From assembly GCA_950097015.1 (NCBI GenBank), contig CATNEN010000038.1, positions 2,046,001 to 2,110,000 on the forward strand: 64,000 nucleotides of DNA, read 5' to 3'. The translations under genes and the position numbers were made by a program. This DNA comes from Macrostomum hystrix. Lineage: Eukaryota > Animalia > Platyhelminthes. Below are positions 34,235 through 49,200 of the stretch, piece by piece. The notes under the pieces are model-generated. The model saw nothing but the letters and a program-made list of their open reading frames with translations, was not told the DNA's origin and did no database searches. Position 1 is the stretch's first letter. Each line of letters starts with the position of its first letter.

Positions 34235-37200
34235 TCACTGACGCTTCATTCGACTCAGCAGCTTAGAGTACTTGGACCGGTCCTCCTTCTTGGCGTCCTA
34301 AAAATGCAGAACATACGAAGTAAAAAGATAAATAAACGAGCGCAACGATATATTTTTTTCTTCACAAATTCTAGTTATACTTTGTGAGCTTATAATGTTA
34401 ACCTAAATACACAGATTAGTATACACTTTATTCATGATACGTGAATATTAGTGTACTAGTGTATTCTATAAAATAGAATAGAAAATTATATATTCTAGTA
34501 TGTGTGGCTTAATGTAAGGACAAAACTGTGAGCTAAGAAACTCACAAAATAATACAACATATTAGGTAGTATCGAAGAGATGATTGCTTATGCAACACAG
34601 GTCACACTGCAGAGGCCACAATACAAATGTGACACTGCAGAGACCACAATACCAAGGTGATTCTGCAGAGGCCACAATATAGAGCATACACAACAGAGAT
34701 AACGGCGCAAGAAATTTTGTGCAATCTCACCGCGATTTTCTCTAAGGCATCGTAAAGCGGCAGCAGCAGTGTCAGCGGGGCTTCGCCGATTTCAGCCAGA
34801 ACATGCGCCAGACAGTCCGGTCGAGCTCCGGTGGGTCGATTGGCCGGCTCCGTCAGCACTGAGGCCGCTGTCATTGCGATTGTGGCCGTTGAATGACGTA
34901 CGCATGCCAAGCGGAGCCAGCGCAGCGCGTCGGCCTGATCTTGCTGTGGAATGAGCTCAGCTAATCGACCAGCCATTGCATTCATTGATGGTTCGGTGCG
35001 GCTCCGTCTCAGCCGCTCCAAATCGGGTCGCATGGCGCTAAACAACTCGGCTTCAGCCGACTCGAGTAGAGACACTAATCGGCGCAAAGGCATCGCATCA
35101 AGTAAGGACAACAAAGACGAGGACGATGACAAAGACTCGCCCGAAGAACCGCTAGGTAGGGGTGGCCATGTTGACTTCGGCGGAAGTAAACCATTTGCAG
35201 CTCCGGCGTCGAGAAAATCAACAAGGCTGGAATCAACGCCAACGACGCTAGACGCAACGACGTCAAGGTGTCGATGCGCAAAAGATAAAGCAACGCGACA
35301 GAAGTCAGCCAGACGGCGAGCATAGCTGGTGTCCTGCTGCTGGCGCTGGTGCACAAAGCGTTGCTCGGTTTCGGATATGCGGGCCGACTCCTAGGGAAAG
35401 GAGGGAGGAAATAAAAATTCTGCGAAGCAACTTGAAACTCTGGATTATTTGAAGTGCCCGAATAATCAGATAAAACTACGCTTTTATTTATTATCCTTAG
35501 TTCCCCACACCGTTTCTCTTCATAGGTTACATTTTCTACCCTGAGTAGTTTTCTTTCTACCCTTTGCCAGCTACGTAAAAAACTTTCTAGACTTTCTAGA
35601 CTATGAAAAAAAAAATCACAGGACAGACATTGTTTTACGCAATATAAAATATGAATGCTCAGGTACTTTGCTGTAAATTTTCAGCGTTTAACGGACTTAT
35701 TATTACGTCGGTAATGGTTAGTTTTAAAGAAAAAGTTAATGTATAGAAATTAACCCTTACCGTGTCAGCCCCAGGACAATTTGCCCGGAATGCGTTGATG
35801 ATGAGGGCTAGGCTCCTCTGTTCACCACTAGCCAAGTGAGGCTCCCAAGCCGATAGTCGAACATAGCACTTGTCAAGCAGCACCTCGCGAAACACGGCCG
35901 TCTCGAGAAGGCCCCAGTCAATGTGCAAATCTCTACTAGAGGAGTGCGAAGCAAACGTTGCCGATAAGTGAGCAAGCCTCTCTTCTGACATCGCTGGCAG
36001 GCGATCTGGACTAGCTAGGAAGTCCGATGAGTTTAACAGGCAACAGGCAGAAGAGTTATAGTTGTTCTCTAGAGACAGAAGTATTTCCGTAGCCTCGCAT
36101 TCGTTGTTCAGAGCTAACCCGCACGCCGCAACAATAAATTCATTGAGCCGATAGATCTGTGACTTCGCTACCGCCATCAGAGGAGATAGTTCAGTAAAAA
36201 GTGCTTTTTGTAGTTTTTTACTAGGTTCTAGTGGGTTTTCGCAGGATCCGTTAATAGCGTCGGGTTGTATCCGACTCCAAGCAGCCATGGCAGCTTCGTG
36301 AGCTGCTTTGCAGTCGGGATGCTTCTGAAGGAAATCGGAAATCCGCCACGCTTGGAACTCCTCTATTGAGAGATGACCATCGATATTTTTAGCGGCAAGC
36401 GTGTGCCAAATAGCCAGCAAGCGAAGGCAGTCACCTTGCTCGAGCAGCTCTTTGTTTCTTAGTACAAACTGTAAGAGTCGACCAACTTTTAGTGTCTGTA
36501 CATGACTGGCGCTGCTTTCAATGCCACTGTCTTTTTTTATTCGGAAGCAATCAAGCAGTTGGCAAACCGCATTCGTATCGCAGCGACGATTGGGAAAAAG
36601 GAGGCGATTGTGTGCGAGCTGATACTGCCGAGCAGTCGCAAAATCGAAACCCTGATCACGATCTTCCTCATGTGATCCAAGGCCATCAACTATCCAAGCG
36701 TAGGAGAACTGGTTTCGAAGCTGACGTTCGTTAATTCGATCACGTTTAAATTTGGCCACTGCTTTATGAGGCTTTGCTATACATTGCGCTATACAAAAAT
36801 GAGCAGCCTTCCATCCATCATTAGCCGGCTGATTAAAGAAAAGATCGGTCGATGTTGCCAAAGCTGCATGAACTGTCCAGGAACAGTCCTCTATGCACAA
36901 ACCCAATACTTGGGCCAGCGACTCTAAATGACCAAGCAAAGGAGTTGGCTTGATGCTTGACTGTAACTGCCCACGCTGAACGTCAAGCCAGACATAACGA
37001 TGCAGCGATATTAGTAGCAGTAAAGCTTGCTTCACTACGTCAGTAATTGGCTCGTTCGAGAGCAACCTACTGGCGTCGAAGCTGGACAATTTTTTTTCTT
37101 CAAACGAGCCACAGAAAGCACACTGGTATCTATCGGCGTCTTGTTCATATACACCCAGTTCATCATCACCTGCTTTGAATATAGTAACATTAAAGCAAGC

Positions 37201-40200
37201 GCAGCATTGCACACGAAGCTCGTATTTGGTTCTCAGTTCTGATTCGCAGACTACAGGAGTGCCACTTTTGCTAAGGTTGTCCACAATACTACCTTTCTGT
37301 GGAGGCCAGTTAGCGACAAAGCTCATGATCGTTCGGTAGTACAACGTAGACAGACAGACAGATCCAGGACTCAGCTGACTGGTCAAATTCGCTTCATCAA
37401 CGCAGCTGTCGGTTTCACCACTAGCGATTTGTACAAGAGGGCTTAGCTCTCTTGGCAAAACCCTGAGAAAAAAATCTTTGATTTCACGTGTCAATGCTTT
37501 CTCTGGTGACTGAAAGCTAGTGAAGCATTTTTTGAACAGAACATTTTCGATGTAGATACTAAGCGTGTTACAATATTCTCGCCTTATGTTCGATTCGTTC
37601 AGGTTTTTCCATAGCTGTCGCAGATTTCCATAGTCAGGTCTGCCTGCAACTAACACGTCACTAAAAGCTTGTACTGCTTTGGTGTATAAATCTTCATTTG
37701 TACAGTCCAAAAAAGGATAACGTAAACAGTAAGGAGCTAATTGTGCGGCTTGACCAAATTGAAGAAAGTTATCTCGGTTAATCGACGCCAAAATTGATGT
37801 CGTGTGGTCGAATTTGAGAATAGTAAAAATTTCGCCAAGACTGTAGCGCTGTCTCAGGCATCGAACAAACAATAACCAGAATGGATGCAGCTTTTGTGTT
37901 AGAAGACACTTTTCAAGAAAAGATAACACATCTGCTTGATCATTTCCAAAGCACAGAAATCTGCTTTGTGCAACTGTCGCATCCATGGTAGCATCCAAAA
38001 AGAATTGCATGGCGTCGACGAGCTCCACTAATTCCTGAAACTCGATTTCTAAACTTGACTTCAGCTTAGGTCTTAAGATTTCGAGAGACTCAAGCAACTC
38101 GCTGGGTGTCTGGAGACCAGGTTTGAAATTTGTAGCCAGAATAGAAAATAGATCACCCTTCTTACTCACGTCTGCCATTGTTTCAAGCCTTTCGGCAAAA
38201 CTATTAAAAAGATTGTTTTCATCATCATCATCGGTAGTGATGTGCTTCCATATGCAGCTCACAAAGCCAATCGGAAGTTGACCCCGAATTAGCATCTCCA
38301 TCATGCCCGTAAGCAATGGCTCTGTAAGTTTGCAATTCTGTAGTAAGGTGTAATAAAAATTTGCTTCAATAAGCATGACCATTTCATCATCACAAGGAGC
38401 TGACGCTTCGTTAAATAGTTGCTTCGACTCTTCTTTCCATTCTAATAATCTAGTGCTGTCATTGACTTCGCTTTTTAGCAAATCGCGGTCTTTTAATCTT
38501 TCGAACACATTAATGACGACTGTCGCATCAATTTGCCTTCCAGAAGGAGCAAACAGTTCAAAAAAATTCAAAAGCAACTCTAGCTCAAGCAGGAAAGAAG
38601 GCCAGTCTTGCCTGTTTCGAAGCAATGAAAATATTGCCATTATAATTTTTCGCCAGTCTGAAAAGGTACTAATTTTGAGCTGTTCGAAACATTCGAAGCT
38701 CGGAACCAGCAGTAGCAAAACGGAATGAACGGCTTGCTTCAAATTCTCTGTATCAACATGTAAAATCAAAGGATTAATTTTATGATGCTGAAGATATGCA
38801 TGGACATTGAGCAGTTCAGCAAATTGACACATTTTTCCATTAAAGCAATTAAAAACTAGCAATGCGACATCAGTTAAGTCTATACAGTTACTTAACGCGT
38901 TTTCTAGTATGCACTTCAAGCTGTCGCTTCGGTCCTGACCACAAAATTTGACAGTACTTTCTGAAATAAAATCAAGAACAATAGGATCTGAGGTTTCAAT
39001 TGTTCTATCCAATCCGAGATGAGATAGAAAGCCCTGCATTTCTAACTTGCACTTTTCATCGTTGCCTTTATATTCAGTAAAAACTTTAAACAGGCCAGAG
39101 AAAGCAACATCACTATATGGCACACGAAGTTGTAGAAGCCCATTAATACCTGCCGACTCCATGCGCGAACCCTGTTCGCTAGCAATGTACTCCAGGATTC
39201 GGGGTAGCAGCGAGTCAGACACAGATTCATCCCAATTATGGGAGGAAAAAATAGAATAGCTCCATAATGCTCGGAAAATTATTGATAAATTTTGCTTGAT
39301 TTTTTTCTGGATAGCAAAAATAACAAAATCATGAAACGATGAATAAGTCGCGAGTTCCGTAGTTTCCATTGAGAGACTTATTACCCAGTGATCTGGATCA
39401 AACGGTTTGGTCTCTTTTTTTCTAGTCATCAAAGAAAGCGAGTGATGAAGTGTAAACTTCTCTAAAGAGGCCATAAACTTAGTATTGCGTTGAAGAAACT
39501 GCAAGACTTCTGTTATTTCCTCTGGGCTTCTGTGAACCTCGTGCAAGACCTGAGGAACAGTTTTTTTGAAAATCGCCGACAGATAATCACTATTGTCCTG
39601 CAAAAATAGCGTTTGCTTATCAAGCACTAGGTCAGAAAGAGAAAACCGCACCTCAGGTGAAATGCATTCGACCATTTCAAATTCCCACGTAAGTAACGGA
39701 TTCCATTTCCACGAAGCACTCTCTGATTCGAAATCTTCTCTTTGGAGATGTACTAGAAAAATTACAATCTTGGGAGAATTTTTGCATTCAGATTCGTAGT
39801 TCTGGCACATATCTTCAAGGAGACAACGCGAATGCAGAATGAAATCTCCGTCAATGGAGGGTTTGACACGTATGATCAGAAGTCCTCGGCGGCTACCTTT
39901 TTTGAAAAACTCTGTAAAGGTTTCGATCAAGCCGCTTTCATTAACAAAATCCATCAGGCGAACGTCCGTAAAATCCAGGTGATCCTTCATAAAGCTCTCA
40001 GTTTCAAAAAAATCAATTTTCGTATACAAAGAAGACTTTGTATACATAATCAGCTTGCTTACTTTACCTTCTTTACAGTTATCAACACACTCACGAATAA
40101 CGTCTACTAAACTTCTGTTACGTGACCTCATCGATGGGTTATAGTATTCCCTTTGGATGGCTTCTTTTTCCGGGGCTGCAAGTTTTGAGAATGTACACCG

Positions 40201-43200
40201 GAGTACCGATTCGGGTAGCATATGCATAATAAATCGCTTGAAAACATCAACGACAGGCGAATTATTTCTTTGAGCTCTGTGTAGAGCAAAAAACTCTTCA
40301 ATTAGATAGCACAGCACAAGTTCATCATGGTAGCCTAGAAAAATCTCAGATTTCCTAAAGCAGACTTCGCAATCATTGTAAAAAAGATTTGTCAGCAGCT
40401 TCAATTTTGAGTTAACTTCCAGCGAAGCATCATGCAATTTCAGTGCCTCGACTGTGTCTTTGAGAGAGAAAGGTTGCTTCTCAAATCGGTTCAAAAAAGG
40501 TGGATCAACATGGCGCAACTCCTGAACAGAAGCCTTGCTGACTAGAACTATGCAGCGGAATGCATCATGAACTACGCAGTTCTGGTTGGCTTGAGTCCCC
40601 ATGGCGATACGACAGTACTTTTTGTTTGCGTACTCTGAGTAGTTCTGATTGAGCATGTCATATAAACTACCATACAGAAGCTCAAAATCTTTAAATATCA
40701 AAATAAGGCCTTCCTCTATGCACATTATCACTTCGTTGAGCTTTCGATAAGTAAATTCTTCGGAGTATTGATCTAGATCATACGCAGAGCCATGTATTAC
40801 CCTAAACTTTCGTCCTTCTTTCGTCAGCAAATTGCAAAGTAAGTAAAGGCAACAATCACTGTCAGATATTAACATAAGATGACGCGCAGAAGTATCTTTT
40901 AAGTTCTTCAGAATCATTGTTTCGGCAATGGACTTATGTCGATCAGTCTTGACAGTAGTTTGCAATAAGGCTGGAAAATGTTTTTCAAATATTTTTGAAA
41001 CTGCATCATGCGAACGCTTCAGGCCGTTAAAGTTCCTAGTAATCCCTTCCCTTAATGCGCAGGCCTTGCTGTCTTCTGAACTGGCTGATTGGTCACACAA
41101 AAACTTTACCAGATAATAAAAATCACGTAAACCATGGAAGTTTTCAAACGGTTGCTTTTGATTTAGATACTCGTGACAAGCTTCCGCAATCTTTTTTTGA
41201 TACTCATCGTCAACAGCGATAGATTTCCTCACTGTGCTGCTAATAGCCTTTCCAGTGAGGTACAACTCTTCCTGCGTCATGTCGGGCCGTGATATATGAA
41301 TCGCTCTGTTCATTTTTGCTGGGTCAAGAGCCCAGTTGGAGATCCCAATAACGGCAAACTCGCATCGACAGTCGAGAGAAGATTGCGGCTCCAGTAGACT
41401 ATGTAAAACTTTTAGTGGATTGTGCCGAGATTTTTCTGCCAATCCTATTTCATCGATCAAAACAACAGGCACAAAATTAGAATCTTTTGAATTTTTCAGT
41501 TTTTTTCGTGACGCCTCAAAAACCTTCTGTATTCCTTCCGAAGTAGAAGCTTCAGAACCTTGAAAGCTAGAGAAGCTTAGAGCATGATACTGCTGAAACA
41601 GATGGTTCTCTGAATCCTTACCTCGGAAGTTGCTTCGGATTATTGAAACAGCTAAGGACTTTGAGCATCCCGGCTTGCCAACGAGAAACACGGGGATTCT
41701 AGTATATATGCAGCAAAAAAGAACGAAAACATTCTCTCGAAGGGCCAAGTTGTCAGCAGTTCTTGGTGGCAGCGTCATACAAGCTAAAAAGCCCATTACA
41801 ACTCTGTCAATTTCTTGGCTTAGATCTTCAGTGCTGGTTTCGAAGTACTTACAAATTGTTTTTAGATACTTAAGACGCAAAGTACTCGATGCATTCCTTA
41901 CATAGTAGCATATATACAATGAAAACAGAAAGGCCAACCGTTTAGTATTGAAATTGAAGTCCTGATTTTGCGACTGGCATTCATTCCAGTTTCCAAAAAA
42001 ATCGAGAAAAAAATTATAAAACTCGCAGAAGCGTCTCACGTCCCTAAGGCTTGTGGCGTAATCTGATTCTTTTTCATGTCTAACGAAACACTGCGAGTCA
42101 GCAACGCATTTGATAATGTCCTCGAGTTGCAATTCAGCTTCGCAGCTTCCAGAGAGTGCTTCGGAAAGTGATACTGTAATAATACGGCCGATGTAGGCCC
42201 GCTCATCCGTATCAGTTAGTCGGCCAAAATCCCATACAAGCTCTACCATGGACTCAGGAAGAGGATGCACTCGGTATACTAAGCTTTTCATTGCATCTTC
42301 GCGCAATTGCTTAGTTTCGAAGCCTGCCGTGCAGCTTTCTATTTTCGACCGCAGAATATAGGGATTGCAAGCTGCCAAAAATCGTAGGTTAGGTGGAAGA
42401 GAAGCGCCAAGAAGCTTCTTGTGGCAAATGATTTCTTTCAGCAAGCCAAGATGATCGCAAGTGTTAATCTCGTCAAGGAATACCCATACGACACCGTCAC
42501 TTCCCTCACTGTTAACAAATAGCTCATAAACTTCGACTGCTATTTTGACTGCGGATTCGATATGATCAATGATTTGTTTTTCTGTGACACCAGCATGAAA
42601 GTTCATTACGTTTAGCGGTGTACCTTGGATTTCTGCAAGGAAGCGAATTAAGCTAGTTTTTCCACACCCAGTCTCGCCCATTATCAGCACTGGGACATCT
42701 GCGTCTATGCGCAATGAGATAAGAATCATTTTCAGAAAATTATCTGCTGTTAAACGGTAGTTAAATTTAATGTCTGCACTTACGTCCGGATAGTCTCCAG
42801 GAGAGCAACTCGAAGCAACTCGAACAAGACGTTTAAACAATTGTTCCTCTGACAAATCAGAATATTCAACAAGTCCTCCAGAAGAACTAGCTTGAAACAT
42901 ATTCTTCAGCTCTTCCGGCACTTCTTCCAGCTTTCTAAAAACAAGCTCTACTGCAGACATGTTCTGTTTCTGAAAAACTGGCATCACATGAGCCGAGTTT
43001 TCCCAGTTAAGCATAGACCGAAAGCGATTCGCAGTTCTTTCGTATACATTTGTGTGAGCATCCACTTGTTGCTTTTGCACGGAGCCAAGTGACTTCACTG
43101 TCAGTTCGATGGTTGAATCGAATATAAACTTTACCATTTTGCTTCGGACTGTGTTGGAGGTTTGAGATCCAAAAACAAAATGCAAATTACGGATTTTAAA

Positions 43201-46200
43201 ATACTCGCTAAATGAAAACTTCTTTAACTGATGAGACATTACTTTCAGACAGTTTCCAACAAGAGAAAAAGTCAGATCAGCAGTCTGATCGTGCACATGA
43301 GATGTCAGGTGGTCTTGAAAAAGCAACTTTAGATAATGGCGGCACTTATTAAGTGGCAAGCGTTGATGAAAATTGACTTCTGTCGAATCTAGTGTATTTT
43401 CATGAAGATGCTTAAAGTATTGACACACAACTTGGCATGGACTGAGTGGCTCTTCAGACGCGATGAAATTATCAAGCTCGGCCCATTTAACTCTATGCTC
43501 TCCAATTTGAGACAAAATAGTGAAGCTGTCCTCAAGCTTGTTGTTAATACTATTGGCCACTTCAATATAAACGATCTTCGGGTTGAAAGGAACTATGGCA
43601 CCACCGCTGCTAACAAGGCTCTTGCAGAAAAGAGCTTCGAAAATGATTAGTTCCAAGGAATCCGGATTTTCAACCCAACCAACGTCAATATGCACAGCGC
43701 AGTCTTTTCCAATAGCTTTCTTAGACAATGTTTTGATCAACGAGTCTTTAGTAACTTTTCCACTGATGTGCACTTGAAGCAGGGATTGGAATTCGGAGGT
43801 CTCCTGCAAGATCGAATCTGTCTTACCAATGCTAGGTCGGCTGGAGGACCAAAATTGGACACTACTAAGAACATTTTCAATTAGAACTTTTAGTCGCTCA
43901 GCTGTAATGGCCTTTACGCGGACAACATCATCAGGAAAAACGGTAAATAATGTGTGGGAGTCACTTGCTCGACAAAAAACAGCTACTCTGCCTAGTTTTT
44001 CTTTCTCTTTTTGTCTTCCAATTTCAGCAATTAAATCTCCAAGGACCTTCTGCTTCAAATTTTGAACCTCGAGTAGAAAAAATGTTCTTGTTGAAAGCAA
44101 ACTAGCTCTTCGCAGGGTGAGAATTATCTCAATAGAGGTAGTCTCTTGCGAGCAGAAAACAACTTCACTGCTAAGGGGCAACTCGGACTGAGAGTTACTC
44201 CAGACATTCAGAAATATCCCAATCACTTCCTTGTCAGCTGGATTGATTAGTGTTAAAAATAGGTTGCCCTTTTGAACAGCATACAAAGAATTAGTTCCAA
44301 GAGAAAAGTTTGACTTTCTACGTGAAACTTCTCTGGAGTTCTTCTCGACATACGCAAACATTTTTTCCGTACACATTTCCCAATCTGTAACACTTTCGTT
44401 ACTCACTTCTTTGCTATTTTTTGGGTTTGTGGAAGACAATTCAAGGTCAATATTCAGGAAAGCAAGGATATTTCTTATGTTTTGATCAGTCAAAGAAGAG
44501 CTTAGAATCTCAGCATATTTTTCCATGCGAGGCTGTGAAAAGAAAATGACCATGAACATTAAATTCTCACCAGATAAATAATTTGCAAACCGGAACTTCT
44601 TGCGCAGTTGTTTTAGAAAGGCATTCCATTTATCCAAGTCTGACTGAAGATGCTCGACAATTTTTTCGATTTCACTGCTACCTTGCCGTTCAGAAATGAC
44701 AAAGTAAGCAGGATGTCCAACTTCTCGAAGGCTTTGATACAACATATAAACATTTTCAAGTTTGTCAACATATGCAATAAATCCTAGCAATTTATCTTTG
44801 TCGCATCTTGCCTCCGAGGATTCGACATGCGTAGAACTTATCGTCATCAGTATGCGACTTCTATGATCGATCATTTCCTTTAGGCTTACCTGCCTATTTT
44901 CTATGACGATCCACATGTTCTCTTTAGTATCATCAAGCCTTCTACTGTCGCTGCTTTCAGTGTCCCTGTCAAATTCTTCACAATTTAAAGATGAGCTGGA
45001 CACCCTGATATCACTGTTTTTTGCAGAGACGTTGACTCTTATAATAACCGTTATTTCATGTGGGTTTGAACTCACGAACTTAAGCGCAAAGTTCTTTGAA
45101 GTTTCTCCTCGTGATCCAATGCTGGCATGGAGCTCTTTAATCGCATTCATATTTTTTTCACATTCTTGTAGTCTTTCGACAAGATTCTTAGCAGTTGTGT
45201 CTTCAGAGCGCAAGCGAGACGAAATATGGCGCTCGAAAAAACTTATTGATTCACCAATGCAATCAAACAGCTGTTTAAGAACAGAAGTCTCCTGCTTCTT
45301 GGATAGTAGAGGCTTTAATGCCCCTTGCAGAAGGATTAATGAACTCACAGTAGAAAGGCTTACTTCCTGCCCAGCATCATAACTGACGTCCATCAAATGC
45401 TGAAAGTCGGAATCTACTTGCTCCATCAGAAACTTTACAATACCATCTCTGCAGTCAAATAGATGCCTCATAACAAGCCACATATTTCCAGTGACAGCAT
45501 CAAGTAAATGTTCAATTTCATCGTAGAATTTTAGATAGTCAGACATTAAAAGCGATTCGCTACGAAGATCAAGGAAGGCTTGAAGCTTTATAATCAAATC
45601 TGAATCAAAATGTGAACGGCATTTTACTTTACTGTCAGAAGATCGATCAGAGCATATAGACTCCGAAAAATTGTGCGACTCAAAGCTTTCATTGTCGACT
45701 GAACACTTGTAAAAATTGCGGTCGTATTCGCGAAATAACCAAATTAGGGCCTCATAATTTTTGCTGCACTCATTGCGAAGAAGCACTTTTAAAATGTTTT
45801 TCACTCCTTTCTGTTTCAGGTTTAAAGCTTTTGTCAGTCGAACTTCATCTTCTTCGGTTATCTCTTGCCTATTAATGTGCTGTGTAACATCTTCTATTTG
45901 ACATAGGAGAATACCGACGGAGTCAGCAGCTTGCGAAATGAATTGCTTGTATTCTTGGCACGCCTTTTGTACAACTGCATTCCAGAACTGTGAGCACGAT
46001 GTCTCGCTATCCAGTGAGTGAAAGTTTTTAACAGATTTACTTATGAAAACTTTGAATATGGCTGACTGAAGCAGCTCGTTTGGGTTCAGTGTGTCAGCAA
46101 CGAGTTTTGCATCGATGCCTATTTTTTTAAAAATAGCGGACGTAAGCATGTCACAGATTTCACAGTCCTCTTTGCTTATTGTCTGAAAAATCTGGCGAAC

Positions 46201-49200
46201 GTTATCGAAGTCGGTCAAATCTATTTTGAAAGCTTTCTTCACATCATCAAAAAAACGTAGAATTTCTTCGACTGCATGCTTTTGAGAGTCCCACAGCTTA
46301 ATTCGCTCTCGAGCATCTTCAATAATCGAATAGAAGCTTTGGATTTTAACGTCAGTAAATAATATTTTGACGAATGTATCGATATTATCGTACCGTTTCT
46401 CAAGCTGATTGTCCGTAAGAAAGAATAAAAATGTTTCGAATTCGGCCCTAGAGACAGAAAGTCTCTCCAACTTTTTAAGAAACTGGAGCAAATTACTAAG
46501 ACAGCGACGAACAATCTCAACGAATTCTGTGCATATTTGATCAGAGGCAGATTCGATCCACTTCCAGATGTGAGGACTCTGCAGCAAGATTAGCATCTGC
46601 TGTTCCACTTCGGGGGCAGAGGCAAACGCGAACCGAAATGTCTCTTGCATGACGTACACTGTGTCACTAAAAAGAAAGAATTTAAAGTACTATAAATTTA
46701 CTTAATATTGATAGCTTATAGGCACTAATGTATTTTCGTTCTTTTTTTTCACTAAAACGCGATGTTTTTAAGCCCGGAAATAGTACTTTCTTACTTTAAA
46801 CACTCAACATTCACTGTCTTTTCCCTTTAGTTTATTTGCGTAGCTGAAACTAACGAATTCAACAGGTGCTATAACGAAGTTGCTATTGGTAGTCAGTTGT
46901 TCCCATGCATGCAGTGTACAAAACTCTTAGATAAAGCTCTTAAAAAAGGCATTTAATGGCACAAGGAAGCAGTGTTGGGCGCGTTACTCGGTACTAGTTA
47001 CTAATTTTGTAACGATCGTTACTTTTTGCAACGTTTCTTCTTCGCGTCACCACGGGCTGGTAACGATAATGATGGTAACGAGTCGTTACCAATAGTGCGC
47101 ATTTCCCGTTACCTGTTTTCGTTCCCAGTTTCTGGAAAAAAGAATTTATAAGTAAACAGCAGCACAGATTTTTTATTTCGCTGCATAAAAAACTTTCTTT
47201 TTGTTTATCTTTTTTTCGAATTTTTACCATAAAAATGGTCTGATTTATATAATAATAGTCTGATTTATATAATTAGCAACTACTCCGAATTTCACGAAAT
47301 ATTAATTTATCAATTCATAGACTGACTATAGTCTGGTACTTTACTCTTAAGACAACTTTATATTGTCATCAATAATCTATATTATCAATCTAATCTAAAA
47401 TCTTCATGTGATCTCATGGCTGCTATACCCAAGCCCGAAATGTTCAAGATCAGCGCTGAAAAGCTCGTAGTTACTAATATTTTTTGTATTTTTTATTTTG
47501 TACTTCTGTAAGCAAGAGCTCTGTATTTTAGCGAAAAATAATTAAACTAACAAAAATACATTAGTGCCAACTTGTTTAAATATTACTTTTTGGTTTACAC
47601 TGTCCCTTAATATAACCTTATTAAACCTTATTAACCTTATAAAATAACCTTAATATACATTTTTTAATGACAAAACTTGTGCCCATTTGAATATTTTTAA
47701 AAGTAAACATTCTATTTTACCTGTTCAGTGCAGTCTTCGTAAAAAAATCCTCTTTTAAAAAGAATTCTTTGATTTCGTTGCTTTCTTTCTCCCGAAGAAG
47801 AGTGGCACAGGCTTTGAAAGCAATACTGATTAGATCCGGATTATTTAACGAAAGTGATTTCTGTAGAGAGTTCAAATCTAGGGCTTTTGACGTTAGTAGT
47901 GATTCATAAGCTTCTAGACAAGCGCTAAAGAATTCATCCTTCAAATTTGAGCAGTCGCTTAGCATTGGTTCAATAAGGTCTTGCGGCGCGGCAATGCCTT
48001 CTTCGAAGCAAACTTCAAAATACAAGCGCAACACTGCAGGCAGCTCTTTATGTGAGCAAGTAGGACGCGATTTTAAGTGACTGTAAATGCATCCCGCGTG
48101 GAAGTTCTTGACAAAAGCAGTTCGAAACCGGGACTGTCCATTCAGGATTTCTTTACAGAGTTGTATGCCAAATCCATCATCAAGCAAACGAGGAATTGCA
48201 GTAAGTTCAGAAAACGCAGCCAAGTGTGCTAGTTCACCATTAGAAGCATACTGTTTTAATGAGCGCAAAATTGCTTCTTGAACAGATTTAATAGGGTTCA
48301 TATAAGGCGCTGATTCACAATCACTTGCCGACAATACCAGCTTAGCTTTATCGAAGATTTCATTCAAAGTCATTCCCTTTGCTGTTTGAAGATCATGGTA
48401 AGCACCTTTAACGGCTTCATTTTTCAAAATATCTTGGAATAGTTCTGAAACGGAGGAATCCAACTCTGGCCATTTTCGAGCAGATTCCAGTAATGAACTT
48501 GATTTGCGTTCACGATCTCCGGATTCAACGTAACTCATCAACAGGGGCTCACATAGTTTTAGGTCGAATTCGTACTTCCTTGCAAAGCAACAAAACTTCA
48601 TAAGCAGATGGACAGTAAGGTTTGTTTTCTTTAGCAAACAATCACTGACAGTCGACACATAGCTTGTACCCATTCTTTGAGGGCATCTTAGCTTTTCAAG
48701 GACTTCAAGAAACATAGATTCGTGAGATTTGGCGGCGCAAGAGATAGCTAAAATAGTGTCGATGCACTCTGGATGGTCTAGAGCTTTCAGTAGACTGTCA
48801 GGTTGAGCCAATGTCCAATTGTCACAAAGATATCCCATGATAATATTTGCTACACTATGTTCTAGCGGAAGATCTTGACCAAGCTGCCGAAGCATTGACT
48901 GAATTCTGACAAATAGCAATCCCAAAACTGCTTTTCCAAGATTTGAGACTTCATAAAAAAGTTTCACTTGGTTACATGTAGTTAGGTAGGAAAAGGCGCT
49001 GATGACTCCAGAACTTACTCTCTGCTTGATTGCCGGATCCAGATCTTTAAACAAAGGCTTGAAAACCAAGCCAAAAGTGCGAATATAAATCGCATCAAGG
49101 GAGTCGCAAAGCTGTGTCTCCTTGGATGTCTTGCAACACAATCCATAAATAAGCCGCACATAGGAGCGAGAAACCTTTTCCGTAAATACCTTCGGCACAA

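Noticed and set aside
35659-46659. Dynein heavy chain or midasin
   Set aside because: Motif spacing and sequences (GKPGCSKS, PLKVLHSLLE, DPAKMNR, PPFLNRFEK) fit RNF213; no dynein stalk or MIDAS domain seen.
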